Of a stretch of 36,441 nt of DNA, positions 9,773-20,609 are shown piece by piece. The position numbers were made by a program, and so were the translations under genes. The stretch is taken from the IMG/VR virus record IMGVR_UViG_3300030397_000677, positions 1 to 36,441 of that record; one strand, written 5' to 3'. Under the pieces are notes generated by a model. The model did not search any database. It was not told where the DNA came from and worked only from the letters and a program-made list of their open reading frames with translations. The first letter of the stretch is position 1. Each line of letters opens with the position of its first letter. This DNA is from a virus (taxonomy: Duplodnaviria; Caudoviricetes).

Positions 9773-9814
9773 AAAAGTTTCGATGTTAATTTTATTTAGC
9801 ATCGAAACTTTTTT
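9773..9814 (+). terminator. Intrinsic terminator after tail tube gene
   Basis: AAAAGTTTCGATGTTAA / TTAGCATCGAAACTTTT long stem (one G-U pair) plus T run. Confidence 0.7.
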
Positions 9815-9840
9815 AATTTAGAATTTTATTCTTTTACATT

Positions 9841-10359
9841 ATGAGCAAAAAAATAACTTATCAAGATCAAGTAAAAAAGAAACAAGAACACGACCGGAAA
9901 CAAGCATTAAAAACAGGGAATTTTATAACTCTGAAAATGCCAAGCGGTTATGATTGGAAAGTTTTACCGATTTCAGTTCATCAATTAGCGATTTGCGGAG
10001 TGCTTCCAATGCACTTAGTAGAGCAGATGGAAAACATTGCTGATATAACAGACGAGCAAATTTCCGATGCCTTAAAAGACAACGATGTAAAAGTAAGCGG
10101 TTCGCAAATGACCGACTTTTACAATACGGTCGGAGCAATAATGGTCGATAATGTTATTGAGCCGAGAATTCTTTTGAATCCGCCAAAAAAAGAGCCGGAC
10201 TTTGAATATCAATTAGTCAAAGATTTATACAGTAAAGATTTAGATAAATTTACAAATTGGATTCAAGGAGGTGCTCAAGTTTCGGAAAACAACTTTCGCA
10301 CTTCAAATCGTAAAAAACGACGCAAATCTAAAAATCGTCGCAATCCTAACAAAACATAA
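9841..10359 (+). CDS. Tail assembly chaperone (gpG-like)
   Basis: Lies between tail tube and TMP; LKMPSG near the N-terminus; ends QGG...NNFR followed by a basic tail that overlaps the next ORF. Confidence 0.75.
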   Translation: MSKKITYQDQVKKKQEHDRKQALKTGNFITLKMPSGYDWKVLPISVHQLAICGVLPMHLVEQMENIADITDEQISDALKDNDVKVSGSQMTDFYNTVGAIMVDNVIEPRILLNPPKKEPDFEYQLVKDLYSKDLDKFTNWIQGGAQVSENNFRTSNRKKRRKSKNRRNPNKT

Positions 10360-10585
10360 TTCTTGTCGAGCAAGCGATTTCTTTCCCGAAATTTCTAAAG
10401 ACGAATTAACTGCTTTTGAGTTTGATTTGGCAGTAGCTTATCGCCGTGAAATTTATGAGAATGAACGGGAAGCGGAAAAGTTTAAATTGCAACTCGAGTC
10501 GATGGCAATGTTGCAATATGGCGTAAAACCCGATGGCACAGGAAGCGACCGACCAACAAAACAATTTAAGACTCAAGAATTGTAA
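10295..10585 (+). CDS. Tail assembly chaperone extension (gpT-like), probably reached by +1 frameshift
   Basis: +1 frame ORF with no ATG until near its end; RASDFFPEISKDELTAFEFDLA resembles gpT segments; candidate shift site TTT_CGC at 10294-10299. Confidence 0.65.
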   Translation, partial: FALQIVKNDANLKIVAILTKHNSCRASDFFPEISKDELTAFEFDLAVAYRREIYENEREAEKFKLQLESMAMLQYGVKPDGTGSDRPTKQFKTQEL

Positions 10586-10627
10586 ATAATAGCCAAACCG
10601 ATTCTCTTTTCGTGATAAGGTTTTTAT

Positions 10628-13600
10628 ATGGCTGTTACAAGAGATACAATCGGACTCCTTTTTCAAACAAAAGCTGATAATGCTAACGCAAAAACTGAAT
10701 TTAAACTTTTGCGACAAAGCGTAAAAAAAGACATTAAATCGATGACCGAAGATGTCGACGAATTTAATGACGCTTTTGAAAAAACCAATGCAAGCGAAGA
10801 GCTTAAACAAGCATTTCGGGACTTAAAAAAAGAAATCAAGAAAAATGAGCTTGCGTTGGAAGAGTTTGGCAATGAGCAGAAATCCGTTGAAAAAGTGAAT
10901 CGAAGTGTAAAAGAATTGCGACGCAATTTTGAACGCTTAAAGAAATCCGATTCCGGCAAAATCAAATCCAACCAAGATAAACTCAACAACTCATTAAAAC
11001 AAAGTTCCGGTCGCTTGGCGACCATTGGTGCGACTGCTTCACGAGTAGCAGGACCGCTAACAATCGCAGTCGGTATTTTGGTCGGAGCTGGAGTTGCATT
11101 AAAGAAAGTTGCTGATTTTTCCATCTATGCCGCGAATCAATACACGGCTTATAACAAAGAAATCGATAACGCAAATAAATTGCTTGGATTTCAAACGGAA
11201 ACTTTATCCGGTTTATTAAATGCCGGAATTGAGTCGGATGTTAAGTTTGCACAAATCACAGATTCAATCCGCCAATTTACAAGAAATTTAGGAAACGCCG
11301 CGAACGGTTCGGATGAATTTATCGCCAAAATGAAAAGGCTTGGAATTGATCCGCAAACCGACATCAATAATCTTGAGGGAGCTTTGCAAAAAGTTTTCAC
11401 AACGATTAACAATTTGCCGGACGGTGCTTCTAAGGCAAATGCCGCGATGGATGCGTTTGGAGAATCCGGAACGGCACTACTTCCAATTATTGCGAAAAAT
11501 AATGGTTCGATTGCTGAAATGATTTCAAAGGCTCGCAAACTTGGTCTTGTAATGTCGACGGAAGATGTAAAAGCCGCGAATGATTTTTCATCCGCTTTTA
11601 CTGAAGTAAGGCAAAAAATACTTGGTGCGACTTTTACAATGGCAAGAGAATTTTTGCCAAGTTTTACTCGTGCATTAAAAGCAGTATCAATTTTTATTGA
11701 TCAAAACAAAGATTCCTTTGTTCGTTGGGGCAGAGAAATCGGGAAAATTGTAGACAAAGCGATAACAGCTTGGGAAACAATGGCTGATTGGTGGCGTTCG
11801 CCGACCGGAAGATTTTTGCTATCTGCATTATTAAAAGCAACTACCGGAGCGACCGTTCCTTATATTCCGGCGGGAGGAAAATACCCAAAAACTCGCTCGG
11901 CTTATGATCGTCCGCCAAAACCGATTGATTATTCACGTCCTGGCAGTAATAAAAAACAAAAGCCAAGCGACTATTTTTCCGGCGATATCGAGAAGCAAAA
12001 AAGAAAAGCTGAAGAGTTGCGTCGGGAACGTGAACGAGTTGCAAAGGCAGAATTGCAATCAAGAATAAATATTTTGAAAAAGCAATTAAGTGCTTTGCAA
12101 ACAAGTTTCAAGGAAACGATGCAAAGGTTGCGTGATGAGTTTAAGGAAACCAAAGATGCGACACGGTTTGCAGATTTAGCAAATGATGCTTTGCGTATTT
12201 ACGGAGCTCAAGCTGATAGTATTTTCAAACTGTTAGATAAACTTGAAAATCGAAAACTTAAAAAAGACAAAGGCACTCCGACGCAGTTCAAAGAATTAAA
12301 GTTTGATCAAGACGAACGCTTTTCCAATATGCGAAAAGACGCTCAAGCCGAAGCAAAAAAATCACAAGATTTAGTTACAAAAATCACGAAAAAAGGTTCG
12401 GAAGATAGACAGAAAATTCGCCAAGATGAAATAAAAAACGAAATCCAAAGGCTAGAAAAAGATTCACAAACTGTCTTAAAAAAACTAGAAAAGAATTTGG
12501 AACTCGGTTTAATTACAGAAGAGCAATATCTCGAAGCAACATTCCAAGCAAGGTTAAATTTATTAACTGCAAAAGAGGAATTGTTAAATAAAGAAGCACG
12601 ATTATTTATTGATAATGCAAAAGAAACGGAACGGATAAATAATGAGCTTTATGCCAATGAGCAAGAGATGGAGCAACTTGGTTATGAAAGGGAAATCGCA
12701 CGAAGCAAATTAAAGAAAAAATCCTTAGAAGACCAAAAACGCATTCAAAAAGAATTGCTTGAAGTGCAAAGATTAGTTAGTGATGCCGAAAAAGAAATTG
12801 TTGATTTTCGTGCCGAACAAACTAAAAAACGACTTGATAATGAGTTGGAAATAACCGACAACAAAATAGAAGTTCTTAAAAAAATTCGTGATTTTGAAGA
12901 GAGCGAATTGATGCGGAAAGATTTGCAAAGGCGTTTAGATTTAGATGCCGAAAAACAGGCAATGATTGGCCGGATCGAAGATAAGGAAAAAGAAAAAGAA
13001 AAAATCGCTGAAATCGAAGAGCTTTATCGCCAAAAGGCTTTACTTGCTACGGAGGAATTTCAAGCTAAATTAAAAGAGATCCGTGATAGATATAACGAAG
13101 CGGAAGCCGAAAACAGCAAGTCGCCATTCAAGAGAATGATTGACGGTTTTCGTAATTTTCTTGAATCTAATACAGCGAAAAACTTATCGGAAACTTTTAC
13201 CAAACTTGCTGATATTGGTGCAAATGCTTTTTCACAGTTGGCGAGTGCAGTCGGGAATCTAGTTTCGCAATGGGTTCTTTACGGCGAAACGGGTCCTGCT
13301 GTAATGAAAAAAATTCTTGCGTCGGTATTGGCTTCGATTGCTTCGGAAGCCGCGATTCAAGCTGTTTATGCGACTGCTTATGGATTTTTAATGCTTGCGA
13401 CGATGCAATATGACCGAGCCGCGGACGCTTTTATTTCAGCCGCGACTTTTGGTGCGATTGCACTTGGGACGGGACTTGCCGGACGTGCCATTGCCGGAGA
13501 TTCTTTTAACCAAGAAACAAGCGGAGCATTTGGTTCAAATGATTCCAACAATTCATCAAACAACGAAGCCGGAGCGATATTTTCAAGTCGTGACGACCAA

Positions 13601-13750
13601 ATCCTAGATTTATCTAGAAGTTTGTCGCAAAGAACACAAAGTAAAGACACGATTGAAATCCGAAACAAAACAACATTTGCGGATTTCCTTACAATCGAGC
13701 ATCGTAAAAACGGCAAAACGGTCAAAATAATTAAGGAAATGGCAACTTGA
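10628..13750 (+). CDS. Tail tape measure protein
   Basis: 1040 aa, helical/coiled-coil, AAMDAFGESGTALLPII motif, hydrophobic Ala/Gly segments; follows the chaperone. Confidence 0.92.
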   Translation: MAVTRDTIGLLFQTKADNANAKTEFKLLRQSVKKDIKSMTEDVDEFNDAFEKTNASEELKQAFRDLKKEIKKNELALEEFGNEQKSVEKVNRSVKELRRNFERLKKSDSGKIKSNQDKLNNSLKQSSGRLATIGATASRVAGPLTIAVGILVGAGVALKKVADFSIYAANQYTAYNKEIDNANKLLGFQTETLSGLLNAGIESDVKFAQITDSIRQFTRNLGNAANGSDEFIAKMKRLGIDPQTDINNLEGALQKVFTTINNLPDGASKANAAMDAFGESGTALLPIIAKNNGSIAEMISKARKLGLVMSTEDVKAANDFSSAFTEVRQKILGATFTMAREFLPSFTRALKAVSIFIDQNKDSFVRWGREIGKIVDKAITAWETMADWWRSPTGRFLLSALLKATTGATVPYIPAGGKYPKTRSAYDRPPKPIDYSRPGSNKKQKPSDYFSGDIEKQKRKAEELRRERERVAKAELQSRINILKKQLSALQTSFKETMQRLRDEFKETKDATRFADLANDALRIYGAQADSIFKLLDKLENRKLKKDKGTPTQFKELKFDQDERFSNMRKDAQAEAKKSQDLVTKITKKGSEDRQKIRQDEIKNEIQRLEKDSQTVLKKLEKNLELGLITEEQYLEATFQARLNLLTAKEELLNKEARLFIDNAKETERINNELYANEQEMEQLGYEREIARSKLKKKSLEDQKRIQKELLEVQRLVSDAEKEIVDFRAEQTKKRLDNELEITDNKIEVLKKIRDFEESELMRKDLQRRLDLDAEKQAMIGRIEDKEKEKEKIAEIEELYRQKALLATEEFQAKLKEIRDRYNEAEAENSKSPFKRMIDGFRNFLESNTAKNLSETFTKLADIGANAFSQLASAVGNLVSQWVLYGETGPAVMKKILASVLASIASEAAIQAVYATAYGFLMLATMQYDRAADAFISAATFGAIALGTGLAGRAIAGDSFNQETSGAFGSNDSNNSSNNEAGAIFSSRDDQILDLSRSLSQRTQSKDTIEIRNKTTFADFLTIEHRKNGKTVKIIKEMAT

Positions 13751-13803
13751 TTTTTTTTTGATACCGGTAGCAAGAAAAATTTTTACTTACTTATTTTTAA
13801 TTT

Positions 13804-14838
13804 ATGAAATTTGCATACTTAGAACATTTAATAAAATTCGACGGTGCGATTGCACTTTATACTTTGGACGATGATACGGCGAGCGACGGTGCAAAAGCTG
13901 ATTCGGTTAAAGATTATTCTGATAATGGATTTAATTTAACTGCTAATAATGCGACTGCTCCGTTGTGGAAATTTAATCGTCGCAACAATGCCAACCAAAT
14001 CGAATTTGCCGGAAATAATGATCCGCTTAAAAGCGTCGATTTATTTCAAGGCGTTAAACATATTTTTATTCTTGCAAGCTATAATAAAAATGAGTTTGCC
14101 GGATACGAGGGTTTGTTTAGTGCAAAAACCGGAATCGATATTCTTACGAGCAATAATGTCGGAAATTTGTTTTTTGATTTTCAACTTCCAAACGTGCAAA
14201 TTTTAAGCGACGGAGTTGTTCAAAATCAAAATAATTTTATTGCTCCGGTAAATAAGATTCCAAAGCTGATTGAAATTACAAAAACGGATTCTTTTGCAAT
14301 GAATTCATTTCAAATTGGCAAACAAAGAGATGTCGATCCGGCTCGGTTATTGGATGGGACTGTTTATTTTGTTTTGCTTTACAATAGAATTTTATCAGCT
14401 CTCGAGATAGAAAAAATTCGGCTTTATGCAAACTTAAAAGCTCGGCATTGGGAAACTACCGACCAAACTCTTTTATTTCCAACGCCAAATTTAATCCGAG
14501 ACCATTTAACAACTTACTCGCATTTTTATTCTGCTCCGATTGACAATGATTCAATTACAGTTGAAAGGGAATACGGCGACGGCTCAAAATCACATTACGA
14601 AATAAATGAAATCGGGACTCGTATGTTTGATATTGAGATGAATAATTTAACCATAAAAGAAGCACAAGTCTTCGATGCTTTTGCGGAAACTGTTAAAAAA
14701 TCAAGACCGTTTAATTTATTCGATTATCAAATCGGCAGAACTTACAAAAATGTAAAAATTAAAGATTATAGTCGTCGCCATCGTCGCCATCAATCTTGGA
14801 AAAACAACGTAAAATTTGAGTTAGAAATCACGCCTTAA
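13804..14838 (+). CDS. Distal tail protein with N-terminal LamG/concanavalin-like domain
   Basis: Immediately after TMP. LamG-like FQIGK..LDGTVYFVLLYNRILSALEI, then a ~120-aa Dit/gpM-like C-terminal part. Confidence 0.6.
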   Translation: MKFAYLEHLIKFDGAIALYTLDDDTASDGAKADSVKDYSDNGFNLTANNATAPLWKFNRRNNANQIEFAGNNDPLKSVDLFQGVKHIFILASYNKNEFAGYEGLFSAKTGIDILTSNNVGNLFFDFQLPNVQILSDGVVQNQNNFIAPVNKIPKLIEITKTDSFAMNSFQIGKQRDVDPARLLDGTVYFVLLYNRILSALEIEKIRLYANLKARHWETTDQTLLFPTPNLIRDHLTTYSHFYSAPIDNDSITVEREYGDGSKSHYEINEIGTRMFDIEMNNLTIKEAQVFDAFAETVKKSRPFNLFDYQIGRTYKNVKIKDYSRRHRRHQSWKNNVKFELEITP

Positions 14839-14871
14839 TTTTTTTTACAGCTCCGGAAACAAAAAATATTT

Positions 14872-17800
14872 ATGATTATTTTACCGACTGAAAATTTAAA
14901 AACTTTTTTTGATAATATGCTCGATCCTTTAATGTTGGTTGAGATTTATCCAAGCGATGCGACTCCGGTTTTTAATCCGGCTCAAGCTGAAAAGCGTTTT
15001 GCTAGTGTAAATGGTGTTTCGTTTCTTGGTTTCGAATATGAAAGATTTGTAAAGAATCTTGGCAATGTTCGCCGAACAAATGATAACGAAATAAATTCGA
15101 GCAGTTTTTCACTTGATAATAATGAAAGGGAAATTTCAGATTTGGAACTTGGCGAGCCAAATGGACGCAGTTATTTCGAGGGAAAAGTTGTCGTTTTTCG
15201 TTTTATATCGCAAAGCCTTTCAAAAACTTTAGACGATTCATTGGTGTTTTATGCCGGAAAAATAGAACGACCGGACGGCGGTTCGCACGACTCGCTCGAC
15301 TTACGTGCCTTTGCACCTTTTGGAACTAAAGATAAAAAAATTCCTCGTCGCCGATTCACGCCAAACGATGCAAACGGTCGGACTCGTGCCGATCCTTTAT
15401 TCGAAGGATTTCCAAATATCCAAAGATACGGTCAAACAACTTATTACAGAACTGTTCGCCCGTGGTGGGGCTTCGGTTTCGTTAAAAAGAAAAAACGCCA
15501 ATCTTTGCAATGGAGTTCTTTTTCTGATTTGGATACTGAGCGTTATGTTGGAATTGGTTTTGGTCGGACGCAAGTTCTCGGTGTAAATTTGCAAGCCGCG
15601 GACGTTGGAAATACCATCGAAGCATCAACGGCTTTTTGTGAAGGAGTTATCAAAGATTATATTAAAATCTTTTGCACAAATCCTCGCTTATCTCGCCAAG
15701 CAGTTCACGAACGTTTTGGGCATTTAGGCAATCAAAACGGTCAAGTTAGAATCGGAAATAATTGGATTGGCGACGGTATTTATTCCCGAACGGCTTGGGC
15801 GGGAACTCGCTGGGGCGGAACTAATATCGAAAATGTTGTCGAAGCTTTGGAAGTTGTCGCACTTATGTTGACATCGATTATAACCGTGCCGGATTCCAAC
15901 GGTGCATATAATTCGACCGATTGGAGCGATAACGGTTCGGCGATAATGTTGCATATTTTAACTAATAAAGAATTTTGGAATGTTGACCAAGATTGGTTTA
16001 ATTTAGAAAAATTCTTTGATGCTCATTTATATAATGATGAAACTATTTTCGATAAATCATTCTCTGATTTGCTTTTTGTTCCTAGCACATCTCTGCAAGC
16101 AAACATCGACGAATTGCCATCGTATCGCTCGACGAGTGCATTCACGACCGAATATGTAAAATTTTTGAAAGGCGATGCGACGCATTTAGAAGCATTTGCA
16201 CAAAAATCAATCGTTGAAACTTACGACGAATCTGAAAATGCAGTTCCGATTGATCCGGAAGATTTTCCCGAAGATTTTCCAAATAACACGCCAAACATAA
16301 ATTTAAGTTTATTTTTACGTCGCCGATACACGACAAATATATTTTCAAATGAAGATATGGAGTTGCGTGAATTTGGCGAAATAATAATGCGTAATTCACG
16401 GATGAATATATCGCAATCAACACTTGACGGTCGTTATCAATTAAATCACAAAAAGCCGACCGATTTTGCTCTTGCAAGTTCAGCCATTCCGGAAAATACT
16501 TCGATTATAAATTTGGATGATGTTTCAAATTTCATTGGTAATTTATCCGGTCATATTTTAGTAGGTCCGCACACGCAAAATGTCGAAGCTAGAAAATTAA
16601 CATCTGTAAATTATGATTTGGCTCAAAATAATGTCACGACTTCTAGTTCTCAAGGCAATGTGACAATAGTTGGTTTTGCCGGATGTGATGGGAACGACAC
16701 TCCGGCGACGGCACGATTTACTTTTAATACGACTGAAAATACAACTATTGAAATCGACGGCGAAGAGATTGCAGTTACGACCAATCCGTTAGGCGATACG
16801 CTTTACACTTTGACCGGATTTTTTTTCGCGGCAATAAACAGCCATCCAAGACTCCGCAGAAAATTCAAGGCTGATTGGGTTGTCGGAAATAATTACATTG
16901 ATATAACTGCAAAATTTGGAAAAATAACTTTTGATCAACCGACCGAAAACGACCATCTTGCACCAATCGCCAATCCCGTCGCCGAGCCGACTTTGACGGC
17001 TTTGCCAAATGGAAACCTAAGAGCAGGATTTTATAAAGTTGCTTATGCTTATGAGAATGAAAATGGTCGGACTTTAATTTCTGCTCCGGAATTTATCGAG
17101 CTCCAGGACGATGAAAAAATTCAAGTTGATGCCGTTCCCGCTCCCGATGCGACAAGTTCGGTTGTTTGGTATGTAAATCCGCTTGGCTCAAATTATCGAT
17201 TGCGAAAAATTGGCACTCATACAAACGAACAATTTGAGATTGATTCTTTGCCATCACTTTCCAACGAATTGCCAAACGATATAAATCGGACTGGTTGTGA
17301 GTTAATGCGTGTTGCAATGATTTTTTCAGATAAGCCTAACGATTCACGGTCAAGCGAAAAACCGCAAAGAATTTTAAGAGGGACTTATCGTTGGATTCTT
17401 GGAAGTCAAAAAGATGCGATTAACACAGTTTCGCTCGATTTTAGAGATTCTATTCGTGATTTTGCATTGACCGAATTGCGTATTAGTGACGACGCACATA
17501 TTGGAATTGTTGGCAAAGAAAACTTGGAAGAGTTCAACGGCACATCAATCGATAACTCGCACCAAGCTACACGCATCGCACTTGGTTTATTAAATGAGTT
17601 CCAAGATGCCGGATTTTTGTATGATTGGGAATCTGATGGAAAAGCTCTTTTATTAGAAGAGAACGACGTTGTCGCTATTACTGATAAAACTGCAAAAATT
17701 GTTTTGCTTCCAATTTTTATAAATGAGTTGGAGTTCGAATTTGAAAAAAACAATGTGCCGAAAGTAGCTTTTCAAGGGCATAAATACACGACGACTCTTT

Positions 17801-18318
17801 ATGATGATTCGGTAGTTGAAAGGCAGATTCCAATTATAAGAGATTTGGATCAAGACCAATCAAATTTTCTTGACCAATTTCAAGACATAAAAACTTTTGA
17901 AACTTATGCGGAATTTCTTGCTTACACTTTGCAACCCAATAAACGCTATGCCGTGAAGGATATCGGCATTTACGATTATCAAGGTAACGATGCAAAACTC
18001 GGCTCGCAAGCTATTATCGACAATGAAATTTGGTTTTTATTTAGGAAAAATGTAATTGAGATTTCCGAAAATTATGCAAGTTTAATAAATGATTACACGA
18101 TCCGTGTCGATTTGAACAAAACCGGAAGCAACATCGATTTAACTTTAACCGATTCATACATCGGACACGAGTTAATTATTCGTAAAGTTGATTCATCTGC
18201 AAACATTATAAATTTAATTGGAACTATAAACGGCTCGACGACTGAAACCATAGTCAACCAATGGAACTCAATTCATATACAGTATGTCGGCGATTCAAAA
18301 TGGGAGCGTATTTCTTAA
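14872..18318 (+). CDS. Tail tip / central fibre (host-specificity) protein
   Basis: 1148 aa after Dit. Hub-like N-terminus, INTVSLDFRD and LLEENDVVAIT resemble lambda J-like tip motifs, Ig-like inserts, fibre-like C-terminus. Confidence 0.75.
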   Translation: MIILPTENLKTFFDNMLDPLMLVEIYPSDATPVFNPAQAEKRFASVNGVSFLGFEYERFVKNLGNVRRTNDNEINSSSFSLDNNEREISDLELGEPNGRSYFEGKVVVFRFISQSLSKTLDDSLVFYAGKIERPDGGSHDSLDLRAFAPFGTKDKKIPRRRFTPNDANGRTRADPLFEGFPNIQRYGQTTYYRTVRPWWGFGFVKKKKRQSLQWSSFSDLDTERYVGIGFGRTQVLGVNLQAADVGNTIEASTAFCEGVIKDYIKIFCTNPRLSRQAVHERFGHLGNQNGQVRIGNNWIGDGIYSRTAWAGTRWGGTNIENVVEALEVVALMLTSIITVPDSNGAYNSTDWSDNGSAIMLHILTNKEFWNVDQDWFNLEKFFDAHLYNDETIFDKSFSDLLFVPSTSLQANIDELPSYRSTSAFTTEYVKFLKGDATHLEAFAQKSIVETYDESENAVPIDPEDFPEDFPNNTPNINLSLFLRRRYTTNIFSNEDMELREFGEIIMRNSRMNISQSTLDGRYQLNHKKPTDFALASSAIPENTSIINLDDVSNFIGNLSGHILVGPHTQNVEARKLTSVNYDLAQNNVTTSSSQGNVTIVGFAGCDGNDTPATARFTFNTTENTTIEIDGEEIAVTTNPLGDTLYTLTGFFFAAINSHPRLRRKFKADWVVGNNYIDITAKFGKITFDQPTENDHLAPIANPVAEPTLTALPNGNLRAGFYKVAYAYENENGRTLISAPEFIELQDDEKIQVDAVPAPDATSSVVWYVNPLGSNYRLRKIGTHTNEQFEIDSLPSLSNELPNDINRTGCELMRVAMIFSDKPNDSRSSEKPQRILRGTYRWILGSQKDAINTVSLDFRDSIRDFALTELRISDDAHIGIVGKENLEEFNGTSIDNSHQATRIALGLLNEFQDAGFLYDWESDGKALLLEENDVVAITDKTAKIVLLPIFINELEFEFEKNNVPKVAFQGHKYTTTLYDDSVVERQIPIIRDLDQDQSNFLDQFQDIKTFETYAEFLAYTLQPNKRYAVKDIGIYDYQGNDAKLGSQAIIDNEIWFLFRKNVIEISENYASLINDYTIRVDLNKTGSNIDLTLTDSYIGHELIIRKVDSSANIINLIGTINGSTTETIVNQWNSIHIQYVGDSKWERIS

Positions 18319-18789
18319 ATGTCAGAATTTCAAAAAGATTCAGTTTATCAAGAGCAGTTAGTAGGAACGGTCGATATAAATAACGACAACGAAAATCAAA
18401 TTTTTTCTTACTCCTTAGAAGCAAATAGAAGATTTAGAAAATATTGGGTTAATACACAGCTTGTTTTTCACGGCGATATCCCAAGCGTTCCGACAATTCC
18501 AAACTATGAAATTTTGCTTAAAGGCGATATTAACGGCTCAAATAATTTCACATTTGGTCGTTTTCATCAGCTTAACGGTTTAGAAATTTCCGTTGCAGCA
18601 ATTCAAACTTTTATGACTTCCGGTGTTGTCGATTTTGATAACTTGAATGTAAGCATCGGCGATACAATAAATTTATTTGTAAATTTCAAATCGTCGAGCA
18701 TCTTGCCTTTACCTTTGCTTTATATTTCCGGCGAAATTAACGGATTTGGTTCTTGGTTTTCTATCGAGACAAAAGAAAAAATAACATAA
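18319..18789 (+). CDS. Putative receptor-binding/tail accessory protein
   Basis: Beta-rich 156 aa, abutting the tail tip gene (TAA-ATG). Confidence 0.45.
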   Translation: MSEFQKDSVYQEQLVGTVDINNDNENQIFSYSLEANRRFRKYWVNTQLVFHGDIPSVPTIPNYEILLKGDINGSNNFTFGRFHQLNGLEISVAAIQTFMTSGVVDFDNLNVSIGDTINLFVNFKSSSILPLPLLYISGEINGFGSWFSIETKEKIT

Positions 18790-18888
18790 ATTCAAAAATA
18801 AGACTTTTTTTAGTTGCTATGATTTTAATAGCACGATTTTTTTTCGTGCAGAGATCTATTAAAAAATTACGAAAAGGAAAAAAAACTT

Positions 18889-19641
18889 ATGATTTTACAA
18901 CTTGGAAGCTCAAACTCGCACGTCCTTAATCTTGAGCAAGTTTTATACGGACTTGGATATCGTGGATTTGATGTTGACGGCGAATACGACGAAAAAACAA
19001 AGAATGTTATCGAAAACATTCAGAAAACAAATGGCTTAACTGTCGACGGCATTGCAGGTCCGCAAACATTTTCCGTTATCGATAAAATTTATCAACCGGA
19101 AAAATCAAACTTTGGACATACAGCGTCGAGCGTATTAAAAAAAGGGCAAGAAAAAAGGATTGTTAAAAGCGGTTATTCACGCTCAAAACTTGCCTATGTT
19201 TATCAGCCATTGGCGGAAAGAGTAAAAATGATTTTGAAATATGCTTCCCACGACGGTTTGAAGTTAAAAGTTACGCAAGGAGTTCGGACATTTCGGGAGC
19301 AAAATAATTTATATGCTATCGGTCGAACTCGGCAAAAACATCGTCGCCGAGTTACTAATGCTCGCGGCGGACTTTCAACGCACAATTACAAATTTGCGGT
19401 TGATTTTGCAGTAGTAAGAAACGGAAAAATAACGTGGGACGAAAAGTATTACTACAAAATCGGCGTGTATGCACAAAAAGCCGGATTAAGCTGGGGCGGA
19501 AATTGGCGATTTGTTGATTTACCGCACGTCCAAATCCCAAGTTTGCCAAGCGTCCGACGACTTTTCAATTATTACAATTCGGTTTCCGGTTCGCACGATC
19601 AAAAACTAAACAAAGTTATAAAACGCTTTGCAACAATCTAA
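18889..19641 (+). CDS. Endolysin: peptidoglycan-binding domain plus M15 (L-Ala-D-Glu type) peptidase
   Basis: N-terminal VDGEYDEKT..NGLTVDGIAGPQT (PG_binding_1); RTFREQNNLYAIGR, STHNYKFAVD, WGGNW and DLPHVQ zinc-peptidase motifs. Confidence 0.92.
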   Translation: MILQLGSSNSHVLNLEQVLYGLGYRGFDVDGEYDEKTKNVIENIQKTNGLTVDGIAGPQTFSVIDKIYQPEKSNFGHTASSVLKKGQEKRIVKSGYSRSKLAYVYQPLAERVKMILKYASHDGLKLKVTQGVRTFREQNNLYAIGRTRQKHRRRVTNARGGLSTHNYKFAVDFAVVRNGKITWDEKYYYKIGVYAQKAGLSWGGNWRFVDLPHVQIPSLPSVRRLFNYYNSVSGSHDQKLNKVIKRFATI

Positions 19642-19701
19642 TTTTTTTTAATCGTGCCGGTAAATAAAAAAACTTTTTTTCTACTGAAGGGAAATAAAAT
19701 T

Positions 19702-20271
19702 ATGAAAACTAACAGCATCACAGTTCGCAACGGTAGTTTTGAAGAGCTCGTCATAAATGGCGACGCTCTTCAAAATGTTTCCTTAAACGATTCAAGTAAG
19801 ATTTTGAATCCGGCACAAAACCCAAATTCGGAAAATGAGAATTTTCAAGATGAATTTTTGGACGGTGCATATACAGACGATTTCGATGGCGATTTGAAAC
19901 CCGCAAAACCTAGTTGGCATACAACGGCGATTGTATATGCGATGAAATTCGTCGCACTTGGACTCGGATTGCTTGCAAGCTACGGAGTGATTTCACAAGA
20001 CACGGCAAGTTTTATCGGGAATTCTGCTACGACCGAAACTTTGCTTTTGGCGTTTGTTGAATATCTTCCTAGTTTGCTTGGATTTATTTTTTCTTATTTA
20101 TTCGCACATCTCGGCTCCGGTATGTGGGATAAATCAAGCAATCGGGCGAAAGAAGTAAATGTCGTCGCTTTGAAACAAGTAAGAAAAAAACCAAAAGGCT
20201 TAACAGTTAATCCGGAAATAAATTTTGTTGGCGATAACGAATTGAGCATAAATGCAGATAATCACAATTAA
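19702..20271 (+). CDS. Membrane protein, holin candidate
   Basis: Two to three hydrophobic segments; directly follows the endolysin. Confidence 0.5.
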   Translation: MKTNSITVRNGSFEELVINGDALQNVSLNDSSKILNPAQNPNSENENFQDEFLDGAYTDDFDGDLKPAKPSWHTTAIVYAMKFVALGLGLLASYGVISQDTASFIGNSATTETLLLAFVEYLPSLLGFIFSYLFAHLGSGMWDKSSNRAKEVNVVALKQVRKKPKGLTVNPEINFVGDNELSINADNHN

Positions 20272-20282
20272 AGGATGGATTT

Positions 20283-20609
20283 ATGATTTGGAAATTTTTT
20301 ACCGGACTTTCTTTGAAACAATGGTTGTTTTTAATTGGTGCAACTTTATTGCTTATCGCAATATTTGCTTTTGTTTATTTGTGGAATGGTTGGAATGTAG
20401 CTATCGAAGAGAATGCCAATATTACCAACACGCAAATCAAGCAAGAATCAAATGCTAATTTGCGTCGTGTAAATGCAAATTTGATAAATGCAAATCGAAA
20501 AGTTTTTGAAGCTGAGAGCAATCGCCGGAAACTTAACAACTCAAATCTTGAAAATTCAAACTTTTCAGATTTGGTCAACGCTTATAAAAACAGGGAAAAA
20601 TTGAAATGA
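20283..20609 (+). CDS. i-spanin (Rz-like) candidate
   Basis: Single N-terminal TM followed by an Asn-rich coiled coil; overlaps the next gene (ATGA). Confidence 0.5.
   Translation: MIWKFFTGLSLKQWLFLIGATLLLIAIFAFVYLWNGWNVAIEENANITNTQIKQESNANLRRVNANLINANRKVFEAESNRRKLNNSNLENSNFSDLVNAYKNREKLK

Noticed and set aside
18316-18321. In-frame TAA-ATG junctions (also 30387-30392, 34787-34792, 24021-24016) as readthrough fusions
   Set aside because: Each downstream gene has its own ATG and no conserved motif is split, so ordinary translational coupling explains them.
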